Both the position numbers and the translations under genes were made by a program. Below, piece after piece: positions 34,783-45,286 of a stretch of DNA of 52,567 bases; positions within the stretch are counted from its first letter, which is position 1; every line of letters begins with the position of its first letter. The DNA lies in the IMG/VR virus record IMGVR_UViG_3300034104_007004, positions 1 through 52,567 of that record; one strand, given 5' to 3'. The stretch is from a virus. Taxonomy: Duplodnaviria > Caudoviricetes. Under the pieces are notes generated by a model that worked only from the letters and a program-made list of their open reading frames with translations, did no database searches and was not told the DNA's origin.

Positions 34783-36293
34783 TTTTTATTAACAATTTGG
34801 AATTGTAATGTGTTTTTATAAATATCTTTTTCCCCGCTTGTATCCACTTTGATGTCCACAAAGTATTCGTTAGGTATTTTATCTCTCATATCAAAGATAA
34901 AATAGTATTCGTTGGGTGTACGATTTACAGGTGTCCAATCTTGAACCTGAACTTCTGTAGTACCTTCTCTAACATAAATTCTGTAATAAACGTCAACGTT
35001 TTCTAACATGACATTTGCCGACCATTCTTGTTTTACAACAACCCCAATCTTTCGTGTCTCGGTGTTAAGAATTTTTTCGTTTTGTAAAATACCGTAAAAA
35101 CTGAATCCATATTTTTTGGGTTCTTGAGATAATGACCCAATTTGAATTCCAGCTTGATAGGCTTGTAGAATAAACTGATTTTCGACCGTTGGAATATTTT
35201 GTCCGTTAATCTTCAAGTTAGTCCAATTATCGTAAAATACACACGGCGTTGGTGAACCTGTAAATACATTCGGAATTGTAACTTCATATACACCTTTAGT
35301 CACGGTACATGCTGTTAGTCCTTCAGCCCCCACGACAGGGTCACCTGATTGGTCTAACACATCAACAACAGGAAGTTCATCCAAGTTTTTAAAATCACCA
35401 TTCTGATAAATGTATAAATACAATTTATTTGTTTGGTTTTTTAGGAACAGATTTCTGTCATCCTGAATAAGGTCGTTGTATGTTGTCTGTAGAAATGGTT
35501 GGTAGAAAGTTTGAGTTAACCTTCCAAAAAAACCAACACTATAAGACTCTGTAAGTCCTGTTAGTCTTTCGAGGTCTGGTTTGTAGGCGATTCCCCACCC
35601 AGTAACACCTGTTAATGAACCATCAAGTATTGAATTGATTTCGTTGGTCATATCAAAATTTGCATCTTCATTACCAAACTCGAAGTGTTGTTCATCAATT
35701 ATTGTGATGGCTGAATAATTTAGTCCTGTCAAACCTGTAAGACTATTGGAGTTGTCGTAGAGACCAGGTTGAGACCAATTGTTCACGGTAGTTCTTTGGT
35801 ACCAGTTGGCTGGTCTTGTTGAGAACATAATGTCATTGTTCTGTTGTATCGCGGTGATTGAACCTGAAACTCCATTTTTTGTTAGTGCTTGAGTATAGTC
35901 ATACCCAACACCTTCGTCCCATAGTTGGGGGGTTCCTGTAGTACCTGAAAACTTTGGTATTCTAAAAAGAATCAAATCAAATGACGTTGCTCTTTTTCTT
36001 CCGTTAGACATATTGGTATTGAGCAAATCATCATCGAATGACGATGTGTTGGTCATTGTTAGGGTATGGGTCATTGCTGAGGTACAACCTGTTGAGATTT
36101 CTCCTGTGGCAAGTTTTTCTTGAAGAAGGTCTAAGTCTAAATCAAAGATAAAACGAGTAAAACCAAAGTTCGGTACAACCAAGTCGGATGAACCAAAATT
36201 TAACTCTACTACAGGGTTTCTACCCGTGTTTGTATAGGTGTTTGAAAGTAGTGTATCGTTACGACCAAAATACGACCTTAAAATTGACATCAA
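34779..36293 (-). CDS. Putative virion structural protein
   Basis: 504 aa, beta-rich, next to the gp5-like gene; TATTTAT upstream. Confidence 0.65.
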   Translation of the reverse strand: MMSILRSYFGRNDTLLSNTYTNTGRNPVVELNFGSSDLVVPNFGFTRFIFDLDLDLLQEKLATGEISTGCTSAMTHTLTMTNTSSFDDDLLNTNMSNGRKRATSFDLILFRIPKFSGTTGTPQLWDEGVGYDYTQALTKNGVSGSITAIQQNNDIMFSTRPANWYQRTTVNNWSQPGLYDNSNSLTGLTGLNYSAITIIDEQHFEFGNEDANFDMTNEINSILDGSLTGVTGWGIAYKPDLERLTGLTESYSVGFFGRLTQTFYQPFLQTTYNDLIQDDRNLFLKNQTNKLYLYIYQNGDFKNLDELPVVDVLDQSGDPVVGAEGLTACTVTKGVYEVTIPNVFTGSPTPCVFYDNWTNLKINGQNIPTVENQFILQAYQAGIQIGSLSQEPKKYGFSFYGILQNEKILNTETRKIGVVVKQEWSANVMLENVDVYYRIYVREGTTEVQVQDWTPVNRTPNEYYFIFDMRDKIPNEYFVDIKVDTSGEKDIYKNTLQFQIVNKK

Positions 36294-36312
36294 TTAGTTT
36301 TTCTAATAAATA

Positions 36313-37821
36313 TCAATTCAAACGAATATATTGATTAAGTACCTTTTGGTTGGCGTCATTAAGTGCGGTTAATACCTGAGCTACGGTAATACCGTCTTCT
36401 GTAACGGGGACGGGAGCTTCACCAGGGAACGCGTGGGTATGGGAAATAACGAATCTAACAATGAAATTAAGTAGTTCCAATAGTTCTTCCCCTCTGACCA
36501 TAGAAGATGTATTAGGACGAATATTAAAACCTATTTGTTCTTCATTGAACCCATATAATGAATTGTCAAAATTAATTTTTTCTTTGCCTGGTATTGATGA
36601 GAATTGTGATAGAAGATAAAGGTAGTTTGCCCCCATCAATCCATACGTTTCAGGAACCGCCGAATTAATTCTATCACGAAAAGATTGGATTACAAGTTGT
36701 AGGGGTTGACCTGTTTTGTTTTGTTCGATGATTAATCCCCACCCTCCTCGTTTATCGTTTGTGTTTAATTTAATACTTTGATATATGGCGGATAAATTAC
36801 TTTTTGTGAAAGAATCCGTGGATGTTTTCATCAAATTATAATTCAGTGGAGTTGGTCTGAAGAAAATTGGGAACCTGTCTTCCAACACATTAAACAACAC
36901 TACTCCAGTCTTGGTTTTTAATTTTGAATTACAAGTATCAATAAATCCATTAATAAAATTTATTGTGGAAACTTGGTCTAAATTACTAAAGTTCTCTTGA
37001 GCAACAATCAGTTTCAAATTCTCCACATTTGAATCCACTTTAAGATTGTCTGAGGTTGTGAGTGGAGATGGAAGTAATCTGTATAATCTTACCGAACCAT
37101 TAAAGACGGGGGGAGAAAGTTGTGTTTCAGGATTGGTAAGGTCATATTCAATCAAGAATTTTACCTGTACGTTTTTGACACTAACTTGACCTTGTTTTTG
37201 AAGGGCACCAAAACTGACTTTTTGTTGTAGTTTTGAGAGTTGAAGGAATGCTCGATTGGGGTTGGCAATGGGGGATACACCGTTTCTAAGTTGTCCTTGA
37301 AATCTTGACGCTCTCAAGAGAACCTCATCCTCTTTTACAATCATATCCGCACTTCCACGACCCATGATTGCTTTATCACTGGGTTCAGGAAACACTCCCC
37401 TACTTCGAGTATCTTTGTAACTTCCGTCTAAGTTTCTAATAAAGGTCGCCCCCGAAATTTGCAGACCATTAATATCGGTATATTTTTGTTCTTGATTGTA
37501 ATCTTCTTGACCAATATTTTGTATCCTTGAAAATGGGGCTTGAACGTAATATCTGTTAAGAAATGGCGCATCCGAATTGTGATAGTAAACCTGTACTAAT
37601 TCATCAATTTGAGGTACGGAGTAAACAAAGATTGGAAGTAGCGAGTTGAAAACAAATGGGTCGTTGTCTTGCCATTTATCAAGAAGTTGATTGAAACCAT
37701 TACCAGCACCTAACTGGATTGCGGCAATCCTATCTGTGATGACTTGGATTCGACATCTTCCTAAATTAAGAGGGTCTTGGTTATCTACAACCTTACCATA
37801 AAACCAATTACGCTCCGCCAT
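36313..37821 (-). CDS. Baseplate hub/central spike protein (gp5/gpV-like OB fold)
   Basis: N-terminal GKVVDNQDPLNLGRCRI...PQIDELV; C-terminal VRGEEL...HTHAF. Confidence 0.75.
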   Translation of the reverse strand: MAERNWFYGKVVDNQDPLNLGRCRIQVITDRIAAIQLGAGNGFNQLLDKWQDNDPFVFNSLLPIFVYSVPQIDELVQVYYHNSDAPFLNRYYVQAPFSRIQNIGQEDYNQEQKYTDINGLQISGATFIRNLDGSYKDTRSRGVFPEPSDKAIMGRGSADMIVKEDEVLLRASRFQGQLRNGVSPIANPNRAFLQLSKLQQKVSFGALQKQGQVSVKNVQVKFLIEYDLTNPETQLSPPVFNGSVRLYRLLPSPLTTSDNLKVDSNVENLKLIVAQENFSNLDQVSTINFINGFIDTCNSKLKTKTGVVLFNVLEDRFPIFFRPTPLNYNLMKTSTDSFTKSNLSAIYQSIKLNTNDKRGGWGLIIEQNKTGQPLQLVIQSFRDRINSAVPETYGLMGANYLYLLSQFSSIPGKEKINFDNSLYGFNEEQIGFNIRPNTSSMVRGEELLELLNFIVRFVISHTHAFPGEAPVPVTEDGITVAQVLTALNDANQKVLNQYIRLN

Positions 37822-38020
37822 TTCGATTTTGATATTCTTTCAATATCCTATTGTAAAGTTCTTCAATTTTATCCAAATAAAAACTCATCCCAATGATTGA
37901 GTTTTTAATTTCTTCAAACTCTTGAGAAAGTTTATCCATACTCTCCTCAAGTTTGGTGTTTGGTATCTTGTCTACGTTGACGGCGTTTTCCTGTATTACT
38001 TTAAATTCTTCTTGTGTCAT
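37808..38020 (-). CDS. Small coiled-coil hypothetical protein (likely start 38020)
   Basis: MTQEEFKVIQE...; overlaps the downstream gene. Confidence 0.65.
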   Translation of the reverse strand: MTQEEFKVIQENAVNVDKIPNTKLEESMDKLSQEFEEIKNSIIGMSFYLDKIEELYNRILKEYQNRNGGA

Positions 38021-38021
38021 A

Positions 38022-40166
38022 TTATGTCGCTTTACCAAATATTTCAACATAGCCACCAGCAACAGGGGGTGTTATACCAAAGGCTTGAAGTTTTCCGTTA
38101 GCCAAGAACTCATCGTATGTTCCACCGGTCTGTGCTATTAGGAATTGTACCATTTTATTGGGTGAACCATCGGGTAGAGGTCCCGTCGGAATTCCGTATT
38201 TTTGCATGATTTGAATTGACCTTAAAACCGCTCGTTCTGAAGATATACCTGGTAATCCCTTGGATAGAAAAAGAAGTTCTCGACTTATGCCTGGACTAAG
38301 TGGGATGTTTCTTGAAATAAGTTTTAAAATCTTTTGTATTTGAGCAACCAAAGACCTACACTCTCGATAACTCGTGAAAGTATCTATCACAAATTCACCA
38401 ACTTCTAAAAGAGAGCTCACCATTAAAACATACTTGTTTCTTGTAGATTTGTATATGTCTCTTAGAATTGTTTTGATTAATCTTAGTAGTTCCTTTTTCA
38501 AAATCTCAAAAAGAATTTCTAAAAATAATTCCAAAATTCTTCCTACAACACCAAACACAAACTTTTTAAATTTCTTAACAAAATCAACTCCGCTTAAAAC
38601 TTGTTGGTTTATTTGACTATTCAAATTATTTGCCTGACCAATTTGTGTATTAGTTTGTTGTACAACTTGGTTCCCCTGAACTACGATATTGTTGGCAAAC
38701 CCCAAAACTTGGTTTTGTATAACTTGTTGAAAAGTTAAAATCGGTAATAGATGTTTAGGTGTTAGAACAGAGGTAATGATGGCGTTTTGAAATTTGTCCA
38801 ATAAATCTTGGTTAAATGGGTTTTGTAAATCTATCGTTGGTCTTAAAGTATCTTGAGCCCATTTTTCCGGAATAGAATCCAATATTCTTTCCATTTCAGA
38901 AACTTGTTCCTCAATAGTAAGATTTTCTAAACGGTCCCCCAAATCAATCAATTGGTCCTGAAGTGAATCATTATCAACAGGTAGTTTGATATTATCACAC
39001 TCCACGTATTCTACAACGTTGTTTTTAAAGTTGTTTGCGGTTTGATTAATAAATCGTTCATCTTGTTCTGTAAATTCGAAAAATTGGTCATCAACCACAT
39101 CAAGTTCGGATAGTTTTGCAGTACCTGCGACATCTATTTCTGACTCTCCACCCTCACATCTTCCTAAGATTCTATTGATTATAAGATTTAGTCTTGTTTG
39201 ACCTTCAATTTGATTGATTGAAAGAGAATTATTCAAAGTACAAACAGTTAAATTTAACAAATTACCCAATAATGTTTTTGCATCAAACATTTTTAGGGTT
39301 TTATAATAATCAATTAAAGATTGTCCAATAGTATTGGCTGAGTAGATTAAAGGACTACCAGGGGGAGGTGTTATAGGAGAACCACTTCTGTCTAATAAGA
39401 ATACTCTAAAGTAGTCCCCTTGTACTTGATTCTCGTTTGTTGGGGAGTACTTGATATCAAAAATGTTTTGTTGTGAAACTCCGTCGTATGGAACACCAAA
39501 TTGGTCTTTAAAAGATGTATTGTTGTTTTCAATACGTTCCCTAAGTTCAAAATTCATTGGAAACTTTTCGGGTTGACCTCCGTAGTTAATATACTGAGTT
39601 AGACTTCCAATCTGTTTTTTCTCGTAATAGATTTTTCCGAGTTTTGATGTTGTCTTTAACTTTAAAGACCCGCTCCAATCTATGTCTTGAATGCGAACAT
39701 AAACCCCTTCTTGTGGGCCTAAATCACCCAAGGATGGTATGGTTTGTAATGTTATTTGACTAATCGCTTTGTATGTTTGTTCTTGTGAACACCCTAAGAC
39801 TTTAAAGGCTTCTTCAGCAACTATTTGACCAACTTTAGGTTCAAGTTTCAATGCTGACTCTAAAAAAATTTTCCTAATTTCTTTCAAAGACTCGGGTCCT
39901 TTACCTTTAGTCGCTCCAATCAGTTTAATTAACTCGTTATATGATGTTGGAGTATTCCTTTGAAATCGTTTTTGTTGTTCGGCAATCTTATTGAGTTGTG
40001 TCGCGTAGATTCCCGTATATTGAGCTTGTGAATTTCCTTGTAGTTTTTGAGTATCAACCTCACTTTGTGAAACGGCGTTATAAGCTTGGAGAGCTGATAT
40101 TTGACTATCAATATCTTTGTAGCTCTGAGCAATGTCGGTTGATTGAAGAAAATCTTTTAAAGGCAT
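38022..40166 (-). CDS. Large hypothetical, probably structural, protein
   Basis: 714 aa ORF in the baseplate operon. Confidence 0.7.
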   Translation of the reverse strand: MPLKDFLQSTDIAQSYKDIDSQISALQAYNAVSQSEVDTQKLQGNSQAQYTGIYATQLNKIAEQQKRFQRNTPTSYNELIKLIGATKGKGPESLKEIRKIFLESALKLEPKVGQIVAEEAFKVLGCSQEQTYKAISQITLQTIPSLGDLGPQEGVYVRIQDIDWSGSLKLKTTSKLGKIYYEKKQIGSLTQYINYGGQPEKFPMNFELRERIENNNTSFKDQFGVPYDGVSQQNIFDIKYSPTNENQVQGDYFRVFLLDRSGSPITPPPGSPLIYSANTIGQSLIDYYKTLKMFDAKTLLGNLLNLTVCTLNNSLSINQIEGQTRLNLIINRILGRCEGGESEIDVAGTAKLSELDVVDDQFFEFTEQDERFINQTANNFKNNVVEYVECDNIKLPVDNDSLQDQLIDLGDRLENLTIEEQVSEMERILDSIPEKWAQDTLRPTIDLQNPFNQDLLDKFQNAIITSVLTPKHLLPILTFQQVIQNQVLGFANNIVVQGNQVVQQTNTQIGQANNLNSQINQQVLSGVDFVKKFKKFVFGVVGRILELFLEILFEILKKELLRLIKTILRDIYKSTRNKYVLMVSSLLEVGEFVIDTFTSYRECRSLVAQIQKILKLISRNIPLSPGISRELLFLSKGLPGISSERAVLRSIQIMQKYGIPTGPLPDGSPNKMVQFLIAQTGGTYDEFLANGKLQAFGITPPVAGGYVEIFGKAT

Positions 40167-40167
40167 T

Positions 40168-40536
40168 TTACTTCATTTTGTATGTGGGTTCATCATCCAC
40201 ATTTGAGTCTTTGTCAATGAGTGAATTTATCAAGTCGTCGTCTAAATCTGACAAACTAAAATTATCTTGTTTGCTGTTTGATTTTTCCCAAATACTTGAC
40301 TGAAGTTTTGAAAGGGTTAATTTTTTTTCGACACAATCATTGATTACTCTTTGTTGTTTTTCGATAACAGGACCAATCGACTTCATGTCTTCAGGTTCCT
40401 TCATCATTGAAATCATCTTGTTTTGAATCCTTATTGCAGTATTTCTTTGTTCTACAAGTTCATTATAGATTTCCTGCATCAAGGATAAGATGGAATCCTT
40501 CGTGAAATTAATTTCTTTTTTTTGCGGTCTTGGCAT
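40168..40536 (-). CDS. Hypothetical coiled-coil protein
   Basis: 122 aa; TATTTAT at 40547-40541. Confidence 0.7.
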   Translation of the reverse strand: MPRPQKKEINFTKDSILSLMQEIYNELVEQRNTAIRIQNKMISMMKEPEDMKSIGPVIEKQQRVINDCVEKKLTLSKLQSSIWEKSNSKQDNFSLSDLDDDLINSLIDKDSNVDDEPTYKMK

Positions 40537-40573
40537 ATTAATAAATATTTTGAACCACGAAACCCAAAATTTT

Positions 40574-41320
40574 TTAGTCCTTCATTTTAGTTTGGACTAA
40601 AAGATAAAGTTTTTTGAACTTTTTCATGGAGTTTCGTATTTCTTTTGTTGTTAAGTTTGTCATCTCTCTCAATGACAAAAGAATGATGTTTTTATTGAAT
40701 TTGTTATTGTCAGTACCAGCAAAAATTGAATCGTAATTTTCAAATAGGTCAATTAGAGCATATCCAAGTTTCTTTTCACTTTCTGAAAGATTTTCGTTTG
40801 CAATAAAATTTTTCAAATCGGAAAGATATGTGTTAATTAATAAATCGGTCTCAACAACGTCAATATCAATTTCATATGTCAGGTCAGGTCTTTCCTCAAG
40901 ACTTGAAGAAATATCTTCGTAGGAAATTTTACGATTAGTTTCTTTTTGGTCTTTAATGATTTGACCCATCAAATAATTTTTACAAATTGTACCAAAGTAT
41001 GAATACGCCTTTTTATTTTTGTCGGGTTTAAACTTATCTACTTTGGTCATCAGGAAAGAATGTGTATCCACATTAATTTCTCTAAAATCCATATCTTTCC
41101 TATACAACTTGTACCTCCGAATAATCGAAGATATCATCTTATCTAAAGGACCTCGTAAAAATTGGTTGTAAATTTTATTTTTTTCTTCGTAGGATTCGGC
41201 GATAAGAAAGGCTCTTACAGCCTCCTCCTCACGCACATCAAAATAATTAGTTGTAGTTGCTTTCCTACCCCTTTTTTTTGATGTGACATCTTCGGTTTGT
41301 GCCGTTAAAGCCTCAATCAT
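40574..41320 (-). CDS. Phage late sigma factor (T4 gp55-like)
   Basis: NYFD at the N-terminus and KVDKFKPDKNKKAYSYFGTICKNYL resemble sigma region 2 of gp55-like proteins. Confidence 0.7.
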   Translation of the reverse strand: MIEALTAQTEDVTSKKRGRKATTTNYFDVREEEAVRAFLIAESYEEKNKIYNQFLRGPLDKMISSIIRRYKLYRKDMDFREINVDTHSFLMTKVDKFKPDKNKKAYSYFGTICKNYLMGQIIKDQKETNRKISYEDISSSLEERPDLTYEIDIDVVETDLLINTYLSDLKNFIANENLSESEKKLGYALIDLFENYDSIFAGTDNNKFNKNIILLSLREMTNLTTKEIRNSMKKFKKLYLLVQTKMKD

Positions 41321-42126
41321 TAAACATTTTCTGAAGTATAATTTATGGTTCTATCGTCTCTAAAAAAGTATTCTTTTTTTGCCGTTTGTACCCAAAACTT
41401 TACTTCGTCATCGACCATTCTTTCTCCACCAAACTTATAGTTCCAAAACACCGAGCCTTCTCTCATATTCGTATGTTTATATCCCAAACGAGGGATAGTC
41501 ATGATGTTTACTGAATTATATGTAAGTCTCAGTAGAAACTCGTAGACAAAGGTAAGTTTGATACTTGATTTAAAACCACCAAAATCATCATAAACAGTTT
41601 TTTGAAAGACCATACCTGATGTTTGGAAGTTTTGATAATCTTGTAAAACATCATTTGTTAAAATACCCATTTCTTGTGAGAAGTTAGCGGCAAATACTGC
41701 TTCATTGGTGAAACCAGCAAAAACTCCTTTTTCATCGGTGTCCACTACTACTGGTAAAAACGCCTGAACTTCAGGAAAAAACTCGATATATTTTTGGACG
41801 TTATCAAACCAAATATTGGCATATTCATCATCAAATTCAAACAACGAGACCCATTTTGTGGTTGATTGTTCAATACCAAAATTAACTTGAGTACTGTAAC
41901 TTGGTTCTTTATTCCAAACAACAGTTCTAACATTTAATTCACCAAAATCATAAGATTCCAAATATGAATTTAGTTGTTCTTCTACAGTTGCTACAATCAA
42001 CAACTCTTGTACTTGAACTTTTTGGTTTTTGATTGACCCAATTGCTTTAGTAAAATACTCATCAAAATCTTTCGCTAAAGAAGATTTGATTGGTAGGATA
42101 ATTGTTAAGTCTAATTTGTTACTCAT
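41320..42126 (-). CDS. GT-A (GT2-like) glycosyltransferase
   Basis: LTIILPI, VNFGIEQSTTKWVSLFEFDDEY. Confidence 0.75.
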   Translation of the reverse strand: MSNKLDLTIILPIKSSLAKDFDEYFTKAIGSIKNQKVQVQELLIVATVEEQLNSYLESYDFGELNVRTVVWNKEPSYSTQVNFGIEQSTTKWVSLFEFDDEYANIWFDNVQKYIEFFPEVQAFLPVVVDTDEKGVFAGFTNEAVFAANFSQEMGILTNDVLQDYQNFQTSGMVFQKTVYDDFGGFKSSIKLTFVYEFLLRLTYNSVNIMTIPRLGYKHTNMREGSVFWNYKFGGERMVDDEVKFWVQTAKKEYFFRDDRTINYTSENV

Positions 42127-42129
42127 AAC

Positions 42130-43185
42130 TTATTCAGAAAATTTAGATATTTGTTCTTCCATAGAAGACGCTCTATTGTTTAGGTAGGATTCAAAAAGTT
42201 CGATAACTTTTGCTTCGTATTGTTCACGAGTTTGAAGCGAATCCGCGGTGTTTTTGATATTTGTGTAAACCTCTTCAGAGATGTTGTCCTCTAACCAATT
42301 CTGTGACCAATCTGCTAAAAGTTCAGGAAGAATAATTTCATCTTTGACCCAAATACCATTGTTTTCATTCATCCAAGAAGGAACTAATTCAGGCTGAATA
42401 CCAATTACAGGTACGCCAACTTTCATTGATTCCAATGGGAATGTACCATAGGCACTTTTCCTATCAATCCAAACCGAAACAAAACACTCTTTAAGCGCAT
42501 CCGCGAATTGTTCTTCAGTCAAACCTCTCATGTCTCTAAATGTAAACCAACGATATTGTGGGAAACGAAGGTAGAATGTTTTGATTAAGTTGACAGTGTC
42601 TTCTTGTTCTCTCGAATGAACTCCAATTATTGGCATTGGAGGTAAAGTTCTTTTTTGAAACTTGTCAGAAATGTAGGGTTCAATGACATCATATGAAATG
42701 TTTCTAAAAACACGAGTAATGTATTCTTTTTGTTTTTCAGATGTGGTAATACATTTTAAAAACCCATATTGATTCCAAGTTTGACCTGGTTGGAGAGTCT
42801 CTAACATGTGAGCATATTGTTGTGTCAATACGATTTTAGCACAAGGGAGGGACTTTACTTGGTCCATCATAAACGCAAAAATCTCAGGTACAACTAAAAA
42901 ATCATCAGGAGTTACTTCAATTTTTTGACCTTCGATGGATTGATGTGGAAGTTCAGTCATATACTCTTGACCCATCCAACTACCAACACCGTTGTAATCT
43001 TTTTTTTCGTGTAAAACTACAACGTTGAATCCATTTTTATGAAGTGTTAATGCCATGTCGTATATGTATCTGATAGAGGCTTTGGCGTTACCTTTGGTAT
43101 CATGAATAAAAAAGAGAAATTTAGATTTTTTCTCCCTCAAATTTTGAATAGAATTTTTTACTTTTGAAATTTGTTCAGAATCCAT
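42130..43185 (-). CDS. GT-B (GT4-like) glycosyltransferase
   Basis: DFLVVPE, SAYGTFPLESMKVGVPVIG (E-x7-E-like region). Confidence 0.75.
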   Translation of the reverse strand: MDSEQISKVKNSIQNLREKKSKFLFFIHDTKGNAKASIRYIYDMALTLHKNGFNVVVLHEKKDYNGVGSWMGQEYMTELPHQSIEGQKIEVTPDDFLVVPEIFAFMMDQVKSLPCAKIVLTQQYAHMLETLQPGQTWNQYGFLKCITTSEKQKEYITRVFRNISYDVIEPYISDKFQKRTLPPMPIIGVHSREQEDTVNLIKTFYLRFPQYRWFTFRDMRGLTEEQFADALKECFVSVWIDRKSAYGTFPLESMKVGVPVIGIQPELVPSWMNENNGIWVKDEIILPELLADWSQNWLEDNISEEVYTNIKNTADSLQTREQYEAKVIELFESYLNNRASSMEEQISKFSE

Positions 43186-43186
43186 T

Positions 43187-43462
43187 TCAATAATGATTAA
43201 TTAAGTTTTTATTTAGTAGTGAGTTGAAAGCAAGTTTAAAAGGTATTGAAGCATCAAAATTTTTCAAGCCCAATTTTTCGTCGTTCACTTCATTTTCCAT
43301 CATTACGACGTCTAACATAAGTTTGACAAGTTCAAATTTGATTACGTTGATTTTTTGTTCTGAAGAACCTGAAAACTCAGTTTCTGTCAAATCTTTCATA
43401 TCTATGTACTTTTCGATGGCATCAAAATCGATAAAGTAAGTTTCATTAAAAACTTGTAACAT
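43187..43462 (-). CDS. Hypothetical protein
   Basis: 91 aa ORF in operon. Confidence 0.7.
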   Translation of the reverse strand: MLQVFNETYFIDFDAIEKYIDMKDLTETEFSGSSEQKINVIKFELVKLMLDVVMMENEVNDEKLGLKNFDASIPFKLAFNSLLNKNLINHY

Positions 43463-44054
43463 TCAATTTTTTTATTGTTTCGTTTAAATCCTTAAACTCT
43501 TTTATTGTAAATTCTTTTTGAATTTCTGTATTGTATGCAGATTCGAATTTTATTACTTTTTTGTTTTCAGGATGGTTTAATAATAAGTCGGGACTTGCCG
43601 TAAGTAAAACATCTACCTCATCCCACATAGAATCTATAGTAATTTTACTATAAAATTTTACCTTTTCTACTTGGCAACCAAACTTTGATAGAAAAAATAA
43701 AGTTGCAGGTTTAGATTTTCCAATCTCATCCGATACGATTAGTATTTCATGTTGGTCACGATTTTTAACATAAAATTCATTAAAGTCGACAAATGTACTC
43801 ATTTCAACCGATGGTGAGTGTGCAAAAATCTCCATACAATGTTCAGTGTATAAAAAATCGTAAACTTCATCCTCGTTTTGAAATTTCAAATGTTGGGAAA
43901 GATTTAAAGAGGTAATATCGGAAATAATACCATATTCGAAGTCACCCTCTTTTTTCTCAATCAAAGGGTTGTCAATATACCATTTTTCATACACCTGTAA
44001 AATTTTGGTGATGGTATCTCGTAGTACCCCGTTAATTTCAATTCCTACCTTCAT
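43446..44054 (-). CDS. HAD 5'(3')-nucleotidase-like protein with degenerate catalytic motif
   Basis: KVGIEINGVLRD in place of IxIDIDGVLxD; ILIVS; AYN. Confidence 0.6.
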   Translation of the reverse strand: MKVGIEINGVLRDTITKILQVYEKWYIDNPLIEKKEGDFEYGIISDITSLNLSQHLKFQNEDEVYDFLYTEHCMEIFAHSPSVEMSTFVDFNEFYVKNRDQHEILIVSDEIGKSKPATLFFLSKFGCQVEKVKFYSKITIDSMWDEVDVLLTASPDLLLNHPENKKVIKFESAYNTEIQKEFTIKEFKDLNETIKKLNVTSF

Positions 44055-44784
44055 TTGTATTGATGTATCTTTGTAAAATTTTTGTGATTAAAGGATTACG
44101 AACAATATCGGCATCTTTAAATTCATGAACCCCAATTTGTTCCATGTTACCAAACCTTTTAATTGCGTCAAAAAGTCCTGATTGTGTTTTGTCCTTATAT
44201 CTATCGGTTTGGTCAATATCACCTGAAATAAAAAATTTTGAGTTGAACCCGATACGAGTTAATAAAAGTTTCATTTGATTGGGAGATGAATTTTGTGCTT
44301 CTTCGAAAAGAAGGATAGAATTATCAATATTCATACCTCTCATGTACGCAAGTGCGAAAACCTCAATGACCTCCAAATCTTTTAGTCGTTCCCGTACATC
44401 CTTACCAATAATTTTATTAAGAAGATAATATGTGGGGAAAATATATGGGTCCAATTTTTCTTCAACATTACCAGGTAGTGAACCAAGTTTTTCTTCAGCT
44501 TCAACTGCGGGTCTTACGATGATAATTTTTTCATAGGGTGTATTAGGGTCTGCAATCAAATCAATTGCACACTTCATTGCAATATAACTTTTACCGACTC
44601 CCGCGGGACCTGAACAAATTGTTATTTGAGAATTATGAAGTTTTTCATAATATTCTTTTTGACTTACTGATAAAAATTTTTCTTTGGTTTTTCTTTTGAT
44701 AATCGAACTAATAATTTCTTTTTTAGAACGATATTGTTCGTCTCCGTTATTGGAGCTTCCGCTTTGGATGGGTCTCTTCTTCAT
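44038..44784 (-). CDS. phoH: PhoH-like ATPase
   Basis: GPAGVGKS, IIIVRPAVEAEEKLGSLPG, YMRG, EEAQN, LLTRIG, GDIDQTD, DIVRNPLI. Confidence 0.95.
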   Translation of the reverse strand: MKKRPIQSGSSNNGDEQYRSKKEIISSIIKRKTKEKFLSVSQKEYYEKLHNSQITICSGPAGVGKSYIAMKCAIDLIADPNTPYEKIIIVRPAVEAEEKLGSLPGNVEEKLDPYIFPTYYLLNKIIGKDVRERLKDLEVIEVFALAYMRGMNIDNSILLFEEAQNSSPNQMKLLLTRIGFNSKFFISGDIDQTDRYKDKTQSGLFDAIKRFGNMEQIGVHEFKDADIVRNPLITKILQRYINTNEGRN

Positions 44785-44790
44785 TTAATA

Positions 44791-45285
44791 TTATTTAGTA
44801 CGTTCCCGAGTTTCATGGGGTGCTCCGAACTCTCTTTTGTATACGGTCTTCCCTCCGTCAGGACTTTCATAGATATAAATTTTTTCTGTTTTTGAAGTTT
44901 GAGTTTTATAATCCTCATAACTTTTTTGTTCCTTCAATTCCGAATTTGTCATTTGGTTTATTTTGTTTTTTAGTGAGAACCTCTCATCATTAGTATAGTA
45001 AACTAATCGCGCTAATTCTATAAATTCTGAGTCAAATCTTTGATTTTTTTCAAAAATCCTCAATTTATCTTCAACATCCCAAAGTTTAGAATTGACCTCA
45101 ATTAAAGAATCGTAAAGTTTTTTAATTTCAATATTCTCGAAATATACCTCAGAGATTTTGTTCAATTCATTATACTCTTTTTTTACCTCAAAGAGTTTAT
45201 TTTGGTCCTTAATATTTTTCTTTTTTACTTGGAGGATAGATAATTTATCAATAAGTTCTCCAACACTAACAGGTACTTGTATCAT
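44791..45285 (-). CDS. DUF6165-like protein (likely start 45285)
   Basis: VPVSVGELIDKLSILQVK...VNSKLWDVEDKLR...LARLVYYTNDERF..K..IN. Confidence 0.75.
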   Translation of the reverse strand: MIQVPVSVGELIDKLSILQVKKKNIKDQNKLFEVKKEYNELNKISEVYFENIEIKKLYDSLIEVNSKLWDVEDKLRIFEKNQRFDSEFIELARLVYYTNDERFSLKNKINQMTNSELKEQKSYEDYKTQTSKTEKIYIYESPDGGKTVYKREFGAPHETRERTK

Positions 45286-45286
45286 G

